Origin: Candidatus Saliniplasma sp.
GTDB lineage: Archaea > Thermoplasmatota > Thermoplasmata > Halarchaeoplasmatales > Halarchaeoplasmataceae
Assembly (NCBI GenBank): GCA_046497075.1
Contig: JAWOGF010000066.1
Location: 3,786 to 67,785 of the forward strand
DNA length: 64,000 nucleotides
Direction of reading: 5' to 3'
Positions within the stretch are counted from its first letter, which is position 1. Each line of letters opens with the position of its first letter. The notes under the pieces are model-generated. The model searched no databases. It saw nothing but the letters and a program-made list of their open reading frames with translations, and was not told the origin of the DNA. Positions 10,135 to 19,134 of the stretch are shown one piece after another. The position numbers and the translations under genes were made by a program.

Positions 10135-10647
10135 TTATAGTTTATCTTCTAACTTCTTTAGCTGGTCGTTAATAGATTCGTACTGATCCATGAGGTCCAT
10201 CAAATCATCCGAATCTTCTAGTGTAAAGAAATCATTTTCGATCAATTCTTCCAAGGTTTGTTTTACATGTTCCTTATCTTCACGATCCTTTTGCTTCCAC
10301 TCCTGTAATTTTTGGTCTAATCTCTGGTTTCTTTCATCTTGAGATAGTTCTACGATCTCATCTAAATCTTCAAATCCCAGCTCTCTAACCTCATTCTCCA
10401 TTCTGAAGCATTGTGCCCTATTTACAGGTTCTCCATTCATTGTGTAATTCCCTCCTTTTTTTCCGATATCAACCGTCCGATACGATTGTATTTTCTCTCT
10501 TGGATCATCAGCTACTGTCTTGTTGTAATCTGTTTTTAACCGCTTGACTATACTTTCTTCGAGGTTCTCTTTAGCGTTCAGTTTCAGGTATCTTTCGATG
10601 GTCCCCAATCTATCTTTTATCTCGTTCAGTTCTTCTTCTATATTCAT
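10135..10647 (-). CDS. Hypothetical acidic coiled-coil protein
   Basis: 170 aa ORF, same strand as and downstream of trmI. No recognisable motifs. Confidence 0.5.
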   Translation of the reverse strand: MNIEEELNEIKDRLGTIERYLKLNAKENLEESIVKRLKTDYNKTVADDPREKIQSYRTVDIGKKGGNYTMNGEPVNRAQCFRMENEVRELGFEDLDEIVELSQDERNQRLDQKLQEWKQKDREDKEHVKQTLEELIENDFFTLEDSDDLMDLMDQYESINDQLKKLEDKL

Positions 10648-10741
10648 CGTTTCCCTAAACGATATGTGACTATGCTTTTATACTTTTTTAACACATGAAA
10701 AACCGAAAATGGTTTATTATAAGATATTGATTTCTTGACCG

Positions 10742-11707
10742 ATGCCCATTCCTAAAATCGTCCACGAGTTCAGGAGTTATTTTTACGATCTAGTGAGACA
10801 GATCCCTGAGGGTAAGGTCACCACTTATGGGACTTTAGCTGAAGCCTTGGGTGATAAGATAGCCGCACGCGCTGTCGGTAAGATGTTGAACGAAAATCCT
10901 ATGCCTATCGTAGTTCCATGCCATAGGGTCGTTATGTCTAATGGTAAGATAGGGGGATTTGGGATGGGTGTACCAAAGAAAAAGGAACTGTTAGAGGGTG
11001 AGGGTATAACTGTACGAAATGATCGAATCAAAAACTTTGAGAATGTGCTATTTACGGATTTTGAAGCGGACCCTGTTCTTAAATTGCTGAAAAAAGAGCA
11101 GAAAAAAGCTAAGAAAAAAGTAAAAATCGAAGGTCGTGTTGAAGGTGTAAAGATTGTGGGCGGTGTAGATGTCTCATATGGTAATAATAAAGCATACGGT
11201 TCACTTTCTCTTTGGAGAGAGGGTAAAGAAATAGATAATATTATGGTTGAAAAGGAAATCTCTTTTCCATACATACCTACATACCTCTCTTATCGAGAAC
11301 TCCCGGTGTTGATAAAATTGATCAAAAGTTCAGATATCTCACCTGATGTAGTACTTGTAGATGGTAACGGTATACTTCACCCGAGATGTCTAGGTTTAGC
11401 GTCACATTTAGGTGTCGAGTTAGATATCGCCACGATAGGTGTAGCTAAAAGTTTGTTATTGGGTACGGTGAATGGAGACGTTTCACATCAAGAACCCGTT
11501 AAAGAGATAGCGGATAAGGAAAAAATACTGGGTTATGCTTTTTTAAGCAGTTCTAGAGCAAAAAATCCAATATATGTTTCCCCTGGGCATAAGGTATCTT
11601 TTGAGACTTCTTTAGAGATTGTTAAAAATCATTGTGAGTTCAAAATTCCTAACCCCATCCGTAATGCACATATAGCTGCAAATGAAATGAGGAAAAACCA
11701 TGAGTAA
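10742..11707 (+). CDS. Bifunctional O6-alkylguanine-DNA alkyltransferase (C-terminal domain) / endonuclease V fusion
   Basis: 321 aa. N-terminal about 95 aa carries the AGT helix-turn-helix and active site VVPCHRVV. The C-terminal part has EndoV motifs: GGVDVSY, YIPTYLSYRELP, VLVDGNGILHPRCLGLASHLGV, IGVAKS. Confidence 0.85.
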   Translation: MPIPKIVHEFRSYFYDLVRQIPEGKVTTYGTLAEALGDKIAARAVGKMLNENPMPIVVPCHRVVMSNGKIGGFGMGVPKKKELLEGEGITVRNDRIKNFENVLFTDFEADPVLKLLKKEQKKAKKKVKIEGRVEGVKIVGGVDVSYGNNKAYGSLSLWREGKEIDNIMVEKEISFPYIPTYLSYRELPVLIKLIKSSDISPDVVLVDGNGILHPRCLGLASHLGVELDIATIGVAKSLLLGTVNGDVSHQEPVKEIADKEKILGYAFLSSSRAKNPIYVSPGHKVSFETSLEIVKNHCEFKIPNPIRNAHIAANEMRKNHE

Positions 11708-12737
11708 AGTCCCTTTACTTTATCATGAAGATTATGTGAAGTATGAATTTGGGGATTTCCATCCATTCAATTCCGATCGCTTCCCAAAATTTATCTCGAT
11801 GATAAAAGAGGAGAAGGGTCTTGGAGATTCTTTACAGATAATTGGATCCCCTCGAGCGGAAAACAAAGAACTCTGTATGGTCCATACCCCTACATATATA
11901 GATAGAGTTGAGAAGATGGCGAAAATAGGGGGAAGATTATCACCTGATACCCCTGTATTAAAGGAGGCTCCTGAAGCTGCTAGACGGATCGTAGGTGGTA
12001 GTTTAGAGGCAGCTAAGTTGAGTGAAGAATATCATACAGTGATAAATTTTGGAGGACTTCATCATGCCGGTAGGGAGAAAGGGGAGGGGTTTTGTTTATT
12101 TAATGATGTGGCTATAGCAGCTCAATACCTTGTTAATCAGGGGAAACGGGTGTGTATTTTGGATACTGATGCCCATCAGGGAAACGGAACCATGGATATA
12201 TTTTATGGTTCACCTGATGTTTTATTTATATCTATACATCAGGATCCAAAAACTCTTTATCCCGGTAAGGGTAACATAGAAGAGATCGGACTTGGAGCAG
12301 GCGAGGGTTTTACGGTGAACATTCCATTACCAAGAGATTCTAACATCTCAGAGTATCATCATAGTTTTCAAGAAGTTATAACTCCAATCATAAAAGAGTA
12401 TAGACCCGATGTGATCATCAGGAACGGAGGCTCGGACCCACATCATTCAGATTCCCTAACAGATTTAGCTTTAGATATGAGAGGATTGGAATTTTTAGGT
12501 AGGAGTGCGGCTGATATTGCCCGTGAAGTTAGAGTCCCTCACATAGATCTGGTGTTATCTGGTTATGGTTTGAGGGTGCTTGAAGGATGGCATGCTATAT
12601 TAAAAGGAGTACTAAATTTAGATATAGAAACACCTACGGATCAAAAGATCGGTGAGATCGGTCTTGAGCCAAAAAGTACGCTTGTAGATTCTATAAATGA
12701 CTTAAAGGAGATTTTAGGATATTGGTGGAAAATCTGA
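11700..12737 (+). CDS. Histone deacetylase-family amidohydrolase (AcuC/acetylpolyamine deacetylase-like)
   Basis: 345 aa. Motifs HHAGREKGEGFCLFNDVAIA and LDTDAHQGNGT. Overlaps the preceding gene by 8 nt. Confidence 0.9.
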   Translation: MSKVPLLYHEDYVKYEFGDFHPFNSDRFPKFISMIKEEKGLGDSLQIIGSPRAENKELCMVHTPTYIDRVEKMAKIGGRLSPDTPVLKEAPEAARRIVGGSLEAAKLSEEYHTVINFGGLHHAGREKGEGFCLFNDVAIAAQYLVNQGKRVCILDTDAHQGNGTMDIFYGSPDVLFISIHQDPKTLYPGKGNIEEIGLGAGEGFTVNIPLPRDSNISEYHHSFQEVITPIIKEYRPDVIIRNGGSDPHHSDSLTDLALDMRGLEFLGRSAADIAREVRVPHIDLVLSGYGLRVLEGWHAILKGVLNLDIETPTDQKIGEIGLEPKSTLVDSINDLKEILGYWWKI

Positions 12738-12982
12738 ATTATAGCTTTTTCTTTTTGTGGGGATAAACAATTATCGACGATACACCGTTAGATATAAATA
12801 ACACACCTATGTAATGGGGAATTACATCAACCTTTGACCAGACGTGATGGGCAATCCTATAGGGATCCCACAACAAGCACGTCACGGTCAATGGACATGA
12901 GCAGGAAGGTGTAATGTATCCTTCTAGCTTGAACGTACACGATTTGTACGTTTCGCAACTCATATTAGATTGAGGTGTACCT

Positions 12983-13981
12983 ATGGTAGACACACATCAT
13001 CCACGTAGAGGTTCTATGGGGTATTCCCCCAGAAAAAGAGCACCCAGTATGACGCCCAAGATTCGTTCTTGGCCGGAAATAGATGGAACTACGAAAGTGC
13101 AAGGTTTTCCAGGTTATAAAGCAGGAATGACACATGCTTTTGTAGTTGATTATAGACCTACAAGTACTACTTCTGGACAAGAACTGAAAGTACCGGTCAC
13201 GGTAATTGAAGTACCACCTATCACAGTTTGTGGTTTGAGATTTTACAGAGAAACCCATGAGGGTTTAAAAACTATGGGTGAAGTTTGGGCAAAGAAAGTA
13301 GACAAGTCACTTAAAAAGAAGCTACCGATACCCAACAGTTATGATACTGAAAAGATGTGGGAGAAGATCGAAGAGGACTTGGTAGACGAAATTAGAGTTA
13401 TAGCTCACACACATCCAGAGATGGTATCAGGGGTTCCAAAAAAGAAACCAGAGATAATGGAATTGCGGATCGGCGGAGGAACTATCCAAGAAAGAATTGA
13501 TAAAGGTAGAGAGAAACTTGGAAAAGACTTAGATTTCGCTGATTTTGGTGAAGCTGGGGATATGGTCGATGTATCTGGTATCACTAAAGGTAAGGGATTC
13601 CAAGGCCATGTAAAAAGATGGGGTGTTAAGTTACTATCTCACAAAAACAGTAAATCAAAAAGAAATGTCGGAACAACAGGTGTCTTTATACCGGGGTATA
13701 TCCGAAATACAGTCCCTCAAGCTGGTCAGATGGGATTCCATCAAAGGACTGAGTTGAATAAGAGGGTTTTGAAAGCGGGAGAAGATGGTTCAGAGATAAC
13801 TCCTAGTGGAGGCTTCCTTAAATATGGTGTAGTTGAAAACTCATATGTATTGTTACACGGGACCATACCAGGACCGTCAAAGAGATTGGTTGTGATGAGA
13901 GACTCAGTACGAAAGACAGGAGTCGAAGTTGAGGAACCGAATCTAACATATATTTCAACAGAAAGTAAACAGGGGGTATAA
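12983..13981 (+). CDS. rpl3: 50S ribosomal protein L3 (uL3)
   Basis: 332 aa. N-terminus HHPRRGSMGYSPRKRA; later FQGHVKRWG. SD-like TGAGGTG lies 6 nt upstream. First gene of the conserved cluster. Confidence 0.95.
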   Translation: MVDTHHPRRGSMGYSPRKRAPSMTPKIRSWPEIDGTTKVQGFPGYKAGMTHAFVVDYRPTSTTSGQELKVPVTVIEVPPITVCGLRFYRETHEGLKTMGEVWAKKVDKSLKKKLPIPNSYDTEKMWEKIEEDLVDEIRVIAHTHPEMVSGVPKKKPEIMELRIGGGTIQERIDKGREKLGKDLDFADFGEAGDMVDVSGITKGKGFQGHVKRWGVKLLSHKNSKSKRNVGTTGVFIPGYIRNTVPQAGQMGFHQRTELNKRVLKAGEDGSEITPSGGFLKYGVVENSYVLLHGTIPGPSKRLVVMRDSVRKTGVEVEEPNLTYISTESKQGV

Positions 13982-13985
13982 TTAG

Positions 13986-14750
13986 ATGAAAACTAAGATT
14001 TATAATTTAGATGGTGAAAAAAGCAGTAGTTTTGAACTTCCCTCTGCTTTTAGTGAAAAAATTCGACCAGATATTATCAAAAAGGCTGTCACTGCAGAGC
14101 AGGCCAACAGGATGCAGCCATACGGTCCGTCAAAAGAAGCCGGTATGAGGCATGCTACTGAATCCGCCGGAAAAGGTCAGGGCATAGCCCGAGTACAGAG
14201 ATTGACACAACAGGGTAATACCGCAGCGGAATCACCCCCAAATGTGGGTGGTAGAAGGGCTCACCCCCCTAAACCAGAGAAAATAAGGGGTAAAAAAATA
14301 AATAAAAAAGAGAAAGCGATGGCGAGAAGATCTGCATTAGCCGCTACATCGGATAAAAAGTTAGTTTTTGGAAGAGGTCATACGTTCGACGAGGAAGAAA
14401 TCGAATTCCCGATCATTGTAGAAGAGGAAGTTGAAGATGTACAAAAGACAAAAGAAGCTATAGACTTTCTGAAAAACATTGGGGTGTACTCAGACGTAAA
14501 AAGAGCCAAAGAAGGGAAAAAGATACGAGCCGGTAAAGGGAAAATGAGAGGGAGGAAGTATAAACGACCTGTTAGTTTATTGATCGTTTTATCAAAGGAT
14601 AGTAAAGGTATAGATGCCTTTTCGAATCTAGCAGGTGTTACTGTGAAGGACCCAAGGGGGGTCACTGTTGAGGATTTAGCACCAGGCGGCGAGATGGGTA
14701 GATTATCAATATTCAGTAAAAAAGCTCTCAAAGAAATGGAGGGTTGGTAA
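13986..14750 (+). CDS. rpl4: 50S ribosomal protein L4 (uL4)
   Basis: 254 aa. Motif GKGQGIARVQR...GGRRAHPPK and position after L3. Confidence 0.95.
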   Translation: MKTKIYNLDGEKSSSFELPSAFSEKIRPDIIKKAVTAEQANRMQPYGPSKEAGMRHATESAGKGQGIARVQRLTQQGNTAAESPPNVGGRRAHPPKPEKIRGKKINKKEKAMARRSALAATSDKKLVFGRGHTFDEEEIEFPIIVEEEVEDVQKTKEAIDFLKNIGVYSDVKRAKEGKKIRAGKGKMRGRKYKRPVSLLIVLSKDSKGIDAFSNLAGVTVKDPRGVTVEDLAPGGEMGRLSIFSKKALKEMEGW

Positions 14751-14752
14751 AT

Positions 14753-15022
14753 ATGGTAGAATTTGATTCACCTCATAAAGTCGTTCTTTATCCATTTGTT
14801 ACTGAGAAAACTATGGTTAAGATGGAAGAAGAGAATAAACTTGAATTTATAGTTTCATTGAAATCTAATAAATGTCAGATCAAAGATGCTATTCGTGAAC
14901 TTTTTGAAGCGGAAGTAGAAAAGGTGAACACACGCATAGATAAGAATGGTAAAAGAGCTACTGTAAAATTTAAAGAAGAATATTCTGCAGAAGAGATAGG
15001 TATGAGGATAGGTGTATTCTGA
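14753..15022 (+). CDS. rpl23: 50S ribosomal protein L23 (uL23)
   Basis: The track ORF starts at TTG 14744. I prefer ATG 14753, preceded by GGAGG. Supporting sequence: VLYPFVTEKTM...KVNT, plus position between L4 and L2. Confidence 0.9.
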   Translation: MVEFDSPHKVVLYPFVTEKTMVKMEEENKLEFIVSLKSNKCQIKDAIRELFEAEVEKVNTRIDKNGKRATVKFKEEYSAEEIGMRIGVF

Positions 15023-15033
15023 GGTAGATAAAG

Positions 15034-15768
15034 ATGGGAAAAAGAATAATACCGCAAAGAAGAGGAAAAGGTTCACCAACTTATAGGTCACCGAGTCATA
15101 GACATTTAGCTCAGCCCGGGTATCCAAAAAACCAAGAGATTCAGGGTGAAGTGGTTGATCTTCATCATGCTCCGGGTAGAACAGTCCCATTAGCAGAAGT
15201 GAGATTTGAGAATGGTGAAACAACCTATATGATAGCAAATCATGGGTTAAGGATTGGAAGAAATATCGAAGTTGGCCCTGATGCAGATATAAAGAAAGGG
15301 AACGTTTTACCCCTAGGAAAGATACCTGTTGGTATGTTTGTTTATAACATCGAGTTGGAACCCTTAGATGGAGGGAAACTCGTGAAAGCAGCGGGTTCAA
15401 ATGCGGTCGTAATCTCCCAAGGTAAGAAATATACGACTTTACGTTTACCTTCTGATTCATTCAAAAATGTAGATAGGAGATGTAGAGCTACTATCGGTGT
15501 AGCTGCTGGTGGAGGTCACAAAGATAAACCATTTGCTAAAGCTGGTAATAGGGTAAACGCTTACAGGAGTAAAGCTAAGAGACCTGGAAAGGTACGAGGG
15601 ATAGCGATGAATTCAGTAAACCACCCGCATGGAGGAGGAGATCACCAGCATGTCGGTGTTAGTTCAACGGTTTCATCTAATGCACCACCTGGTAGAAAGG
15701 TAGGTAGACTTTCTTCTAAAAAGAGTAAGAAGAAGAAAAAGAAAGAATCTAAAGAAAGGAGGAAGTAG
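15034..15768 (+). CDS. rpl2: 50S ribosomal protein L2 (uL2) with Lys-rich C-terminal tail
   Basis: 244 aa. Motifs [15 protein letters not shown] and [13 protein letters not shown]. Confidence 0.95.
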   Translation: MGKRIIPQRRGKGSPTYRSPSHRHLAQPGYPKNQEIQGEVVDLHHAPGRTVPLAEVRFENGETTYMIANHGLRIGRNIEVGPDADIKKGNVLPLGKIPVGMFVYNIELEPLDGGKLVKAAGSNAVVISQGKKYTTLRLPSDSFKNVDRRCRATIGVAAGGGHKDKPFAKAGNRVNAYRSKAKRPGKVRGIAMNSVNHPHGGGDHQHVGVSSTVSSNAPPGRKVGRLSSKKSKKKKKKESKERRK

Positions 15769-15770
15769 TT

Positions 15771-16181
15771 ATGGCTAAGAAAAAATTATCAGCTAGGAAG
15801 AAAAAAGAGTTCACTTATAGAGGGCACACCCTTGATGAACTCAAATCTATGTCCCTTTCGGAACTGAAAGAAGTACTTCCATCAAGAGCAAGAAGATCCT
15901 TAGAGAGAGGTTTAAACGACGAGGAGAAGAGATTTTTAGATCACGTTCAAAACAAAGATAAAGATGTTTATAGAACACATAGGAGAGAGATGATCATAAT
16001 GCCTCAATTTGTTGGAAAAAGGATAGCAGTCTATAATGGTCAAGAATTTAAAGAAGTTAAGATAGAACCTGAAATGATAGGACATTATCTGGGAGAATTT
16101 GCTATGACTAGAAAAAGAGTCGAACACTCTGGTCCTGGTGTTGGAGCCACCCGGTCCTCGAAATATATACCCCTGAAGTGA
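15771..16181 (+). CDS. rps19: 30S ribosomal protein S19 (uS19)
   Basis: 136 aa. Motif [35 protein letters not shown]. Confidence 0.95.
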   Translation: MAKKKLSARKKKEFTYRGHTLDELKSMSLSELKEVLPSRARRSLERGLNDEEKRFLDHVQNKDKDVYRTHRREMIIMPQFVGKRIAVYNGQEFKEVKIEPEMIGHYLGEFAMTRKRVEHSGPGVGATRSSKYIPLK

Positions 16182-16191
16182 GGTGTAAAAG

Positions 16192-16638
16192 ATGGGATAT
16201 ACTATGGATCCGGACCCAGAAACAACAGCCAAGGCCTACGGAAAAAATTTGCAGATATCTCCTAAAACATCTGTGGAAATATGTAGGTTCGTAAGAGATA
16301 AAGATGCGGATAAAGCTATAGAAATATTAGAGGACGTTATCGAAGGTAAAAGGGCGGTTCCTTACAGGAAGCATAAGAAACAGATAGCCCATCAAAAGGG
16401 TTCTGGTCCCGGGGGATATCCCAAAAAAGCAGCAACGAAAATCAGGGATCTATTAGAGGAAGCTAAATCCAATGCCGAAAGTAAAGGTTTGGAATCGGAA
16501 GGTATGGATATCTTAGCGATCTCTGCTCATGAAGGTGAAGTGATCGAAGGTTTTCAGCCTAGAGCCTTTGGAAGAACTTCTCCCTCAGATAAGAAAACGA
16601 CTAATCTAGAGGTAATCTTAAAGGAGAAAGGGGTATGA
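16192..16638 (+). CDS. rpl22: 50S ribosomal protein L22 (uL22)
   Basis: 148 aa. Motif AKAYGKNLQISPKTSVEICRFVR...AVPYRKH. Confidence 0.95.
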   Translation: MGYTMDPDPETTAKAYGKNLQISPKTSVEICRFVRDKDADKAIEILEDVIEGKRAVPYRKHKKQIAHQKGSGPGGYPKKAATKIRDLLEEAKSNAESKGLESEGMDILAISAHEGEVIEGFQPRAFGRTSPSDKKTTNLEVILKEKGV

Positions 16639-17582
16639 AAATGGCTAGAGAAAAGAAATTCATACAGGAAAAAATGAATAGAGTTCTTCTTAAGGAATTC
16701 TTAAAGGAAAGAACTGAAAGGGCTGGATTCGGGGGATGTGACGTTTCTAGAAATCCCATGGGGACAAGGATAACCCTTCATATAGAAAGACCATCGTTGG
16801 TTATCGGCCGAAAGGGTCGGACTATTAGGAAACTCACTAGCGATGTAAAAGAGAAATTTGATTTTGATAATCCACAGATCGAAGTTCAAGAAGTCAAGGT
16901 TCCTGAGTTAAATCCACAAATAATGGCAGAAAAACTAGCTCAATCCTTGGAGAGAGGATGGCATTTCAGAAGAGCCGGTCATTCTACTGTAAGGAGGATC
17001 ATGGATTCCGGTGCAAGGGGTTGTCAGATAATCCTTTCTGGTAAGATCACTGGACCGAGACATAGGGTAGAAAAATTCAAAGATGGCCATATCAAATATT
17101 GTGGAGAAGAAAAAAACAAATGGATGAACGAAGGCTATTCAGCTGCAAAAGTGAAATTGGGTATAATAGGTGTAACTGTCCAGATAATGGACCCTAAAGC
17201 AAAACTTCCAGATGAGATCGAGATTATTCCTCCTAAAAAGGAAGAACCTGAAGAGGAAGAACCTGAAGAGGAAGAACCTGAAGAGGAAGAACCTGAAGAG
17301 GAAGAACCTGAAGAGGAAGAGCCCGAAGAGGAAGAGCCCGAAGAGGAAGAGCCCGAAGAGGAAGAGCCCGAAGAGGAAGAGCCTAAAGAGGAAGAGCCTG
17401 AAGAGGAAGAGCCCGAAGAGGAAGAGCCTAAAGAGGAAGAGCCTAAAGAGGAAGAGCCTAAAGAGGAAGAGCCCGAAGAGGAAGAGCCCGAAGAGGAAGA
17501 ACCTAAAGAAACCCAAGAAGAGGTTGAAGAGATGGGGATAGAAGGAAGTAATGAGGATCATAAAGAATCGGAGGATGATTAA
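16635..17582 (+). CDS. rps3: 30S ribosomal protein S3 (uS3) with about 100-aa acidic (P-E-E-E-E)n C-terminal extension
   Basis: 315 aa. The KH domain core (RTERAGFGGCDVSRNPMGTRITLHIERPSLVIGRKGRTIRKL) is followed by the repeat tail. ATGA overlap with L22. Confidence 0.95.
   Translation: MKMAREKKFIQEKMNRVLLKEFLKERTERAGFGGCDVSRNPMGTRITLHIERPSLVIGRKGRTIRKLTSDVKEKFDFDNPQIEVQEVKVPELNPQIMAEKLAQSLERGWHFRRAGHSTVRRIMDSGARGCQIILSGKITGPRHRVEKFKDGHIKYCGEEKNKWMNEGYSAAKVKLGIIGVTVQIMDPKAKLPDEIEIIPPKKEEPEEEEPEEEEPEEEEPEEEEPEEEEPEEEEPEEEEPEEEEPEEEEPKEEEPEEEEPEEEEPKEEEPKEEEPKEEEPEEEEPEEEEPKETQEEVEEMGIEGSNEDHKESEDD
17235..17504 (+). repeat. About 18 tandem copies of a 15-bp in-frame unit (GAAGAGGAAGARCCY) inside rps3
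   Basis: Read directly: 17 full units from 17250 to 17504 plus a partial first unit. Sub-variants are GAACCT (the first four full units, the leading partial unit and the last unit), GAGCCC, GAGCCT, and AAA-for-GAA (K for E). Confidence 0.95.
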
Positions 17583-17584
17583 AG

Positions 17585-17800
17585 ATGCCTCTTTTGAAAA
17601 CATCGGATATAAGAGATATGGATACTTCAGAGATGGAGGAAAAGTTGGAGGAGCTTAGAGATGAATTATTGCATGAAAAGGGTCAGGCAGCTATGGGTGG
17701 CGCCCCTGAGAGTCCTGGGAGGATCAAAGCTGTTAAAACCAACATCGCTAGAATTCTCACTGTTATGAATGAAAACAAAAAATCAAAAGGAGGAGATTGA
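17585..17800 (+). CDS. rpl29: 50S ribosomal protein L29 (uL29)
   Basis: 71 aa. Motif EEKLEELRDELLHEKGQAAMGGAPESPGRIKAVKTNIARILTV. Confidence 0.9.
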   Translation: MPLLKTSDIRDMDTSEMEEKLEELRDELLHEKGQAAMGGAPESPGRIKAVKTNIARILTVMNENKKSKGGD

Positions 17801-18102
17801 TGCCGGAAAAAGTGTGCTCTACGTGCGGACTACCTGAGGAAATCTGCATATGTGAAGATATCGCGAGAGAACAACAGGAGATAAGGATATACCTCGATAC
17901 TAGAAGATATGGTAAAAAAGTTACAATCGTCGACGGTATAGATGAAAGCGATATCGATATCGAAGAGTTGGCTAGTGAATTGAAATCAAAATGTGCAGCT
18001 GGAGGAACTACAAAAAAAGGTCATATAGAACTCCAGGGGAATCATATAGAAAAAGTGAAAGAGTACCTAGAAGGTAAAGGCTTTCCAGTGGAGACAGGAT
18101 AA
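17800..18102 (+). CDS. Translation initiation factor aSUI1 (eIF1 homologue)
   Basis: ATG 17800 overlaps the L29 TGA; the track ORF starts at TTG 17797. Supporting sequence: CSTCGLPEEICICE...IRIYLDTRRYGKKVTIVDGI...GGTTKKGHIELQGNH. Confidence 0.9.
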   Translation: MPEKVCSTCGLPEEICICEDIAREQQEIRIYLDTRRYGKKVTIVDGIDESDIDIEELASELKSKCAAGGTTKKGHIELQGNHIEKVKEYLEGKGFPVETG

Positions 18103-18103
18103 A

Positions 18104-18379
18104 ATGAAAAACTTTAACGTAAGTATATATCAAGAGGAATTAATCGGTTCAAAGATTGAAGTTATCGATGCTAATCATAGTGGTTATCGTGGTATTGTAG
18201 GAACTATCATCGATGAAACAAAAAACACTTTGATTATAGAAAATCAAATCGATGATAAAGAAAAGATGATACCTAAAATTGGTATTAATTTTAGACTCAC
18301 AAGGAATGATCATAAATATTTATTGAACGGCGATAGATTGAACAATCGTCCCGAAGAAAGGATTAAGAAATCAGGTTGA
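18104..18379 (+). CDS. rnp1: RNase P protein component 1 (Rpp29/Pop4)
   Basis: 91 aa. Motif ELIGSKIEVIDANHSGYRGIVGTIIDETKNTLIIE and the canonical position between SUI1/L29 and S17. Confidence 0.85.
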   Translation: MKNFNVSIYQEELIGSKIEVIDANHSGYRGIVGTIIDETKNTLIIENQIDDKEKMIPKIGINFRLTRNDHKYLLNGDRLNNRPEERIKKSG

Positions 18380-18729
18380 TGATAATTATGTCGGAAGAAA
18401 AAGTACGTGATATCGGTGTGGATGTACAACCACCTAAGAAAATCTGCAATGATAATAAATGTCCTTTCCATGGAGAGCTATCCGTGAGAGGTCAGGTTTT
18501 GAGAGGTACTGTAATAAGCACGAAGATGGATGGCTCCGTTGTGGTAAAGAAGGATTATCTTCATTACATACCAAAATATGAACGATATGAGAAAAGGAGT
18601 AGCAATTATCCTGCGCATTTACCGGAATGTATTGATGTAGAAGCTGGTGACGAAGTTTCAATTATGGAATGCAGGCCCCTTAGTAAAAGTATATCATTCG
18701 TTGTTATCGATGGAGGTCAGAAAGAATGA
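18376..18729 (+). CDS. rps17: 30S ribosomal protein S17 (uS17)
   Basis: Motif CNDNKCPFHGELSVRGQVLRGTVIS. Start is ambiguous: TTG 18376, ATG 18379 or ATG 18388. Confidence 0.9.
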   Translation: MMIIMSEEKVRDIGVDVQPPKKICNDNKCPFHGELSVRGQVLRGTVISTKMDGSVVVKKDYLHYIPKYERYEKRSSNYPAHLPECIDVEAGDEVSIMECRPLSKSISFVVIDGGQKE

Positions 18730-19124
18730 AGGGAGTTGCGGGGAAACAGACGAAGGGTTTACCAGTTGGCAGTAAACTAAAGTGTATCGATAATACAGGA
18801 GCTAAAGAAGTGAGGACGGTTTCAGTTATTAATTATCATGGTGTACATCGAAGATATCCAAAAGCAGGTATAGGAGATATGCTCGTAGTGTCCGTTACAA
18901 AAGGGACTCCTGAGGTTAAAAGAGAATTGAGTCGGGCGGTAGTTGTAAGACAAAAAAGACCCTTCCGCCGCTCCAATGGGACTATGGTAGAATTTGAAGA
19001 TAATGCAGTTGTTCTTACACAGGATAACGGCGATACAAAAGGGTCTGAAATAAAAGGACCTGTAGCGCGGGAAGCCGCTGAAAGATGGCCAAGGGTCGGA
19101 GCGACAGCTTCGATGATACTTTAG
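18726..19124 (+). CDS. rpl14: 50S ribosomal protein L14 (uL14)
   Basis: 132 aa. Motif GSKLKCIDNTGAKEV...AVVVRQKRPFRR. Confidence 0.95.
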   Translation: MKGVAGKQTKGLPVGSKLKCIDNTGAKEVRTVSVINYHGVHRRYPKAGIGDMLVVSVTKGTPEVKRELSRAVVVRQKRPFRRSNGTMVEFEDNAVVLTQDNGDTKGSEIKGPVAREAAERWPRVGATASMIL

Positions 19125-19134
19125 GTGATATAAT

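Noticed and set aside
12739-13258. Minus-strand ORFs 12739-12993 (84 aa) and 12965-13258 (97 aa)
   Set aside because: One lies in the rpl3 leader and the other is antisense to rpl3. Both are Cys/His/Ser-rich low-complexity translations with no motifs or start context.
14855-15460. 201-aa minus-strand ORF antisense to L23/L2, and similar shadows (10825-11274, 14378-14731, 22304-22639, 25851-26321, 30252-30632, 32219-32677, 39882-40418, 40947-41312, 46080-46448)
   Set aside because: All are fully embedded antisense to genes with unambiguous conserved motifs. Their translations are low-complexity (S/L/F/P-rich), typical of shadow ORFs in AT-rich coding DNA.
17235-17504. Possible CRISPR array, because of regular short repeats
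   Set aside because: The units are contiguous 15-mers with no spacers and are in frame within a coding gene. This is a coding tandem repeat, not a CRISPR.
17139-17603. 154-aa minus-strand ORF (LFLFRLFLF...) and the 109-aa plus-strand ORF at 17212-17541 (RKNLKRKSPK...)
   Set aside because: Both are alternative-frame or antisense readings of the 15-bp tandem repeat inside rps3. The S3 frame is continuous with a bona fide KH-domain protein.
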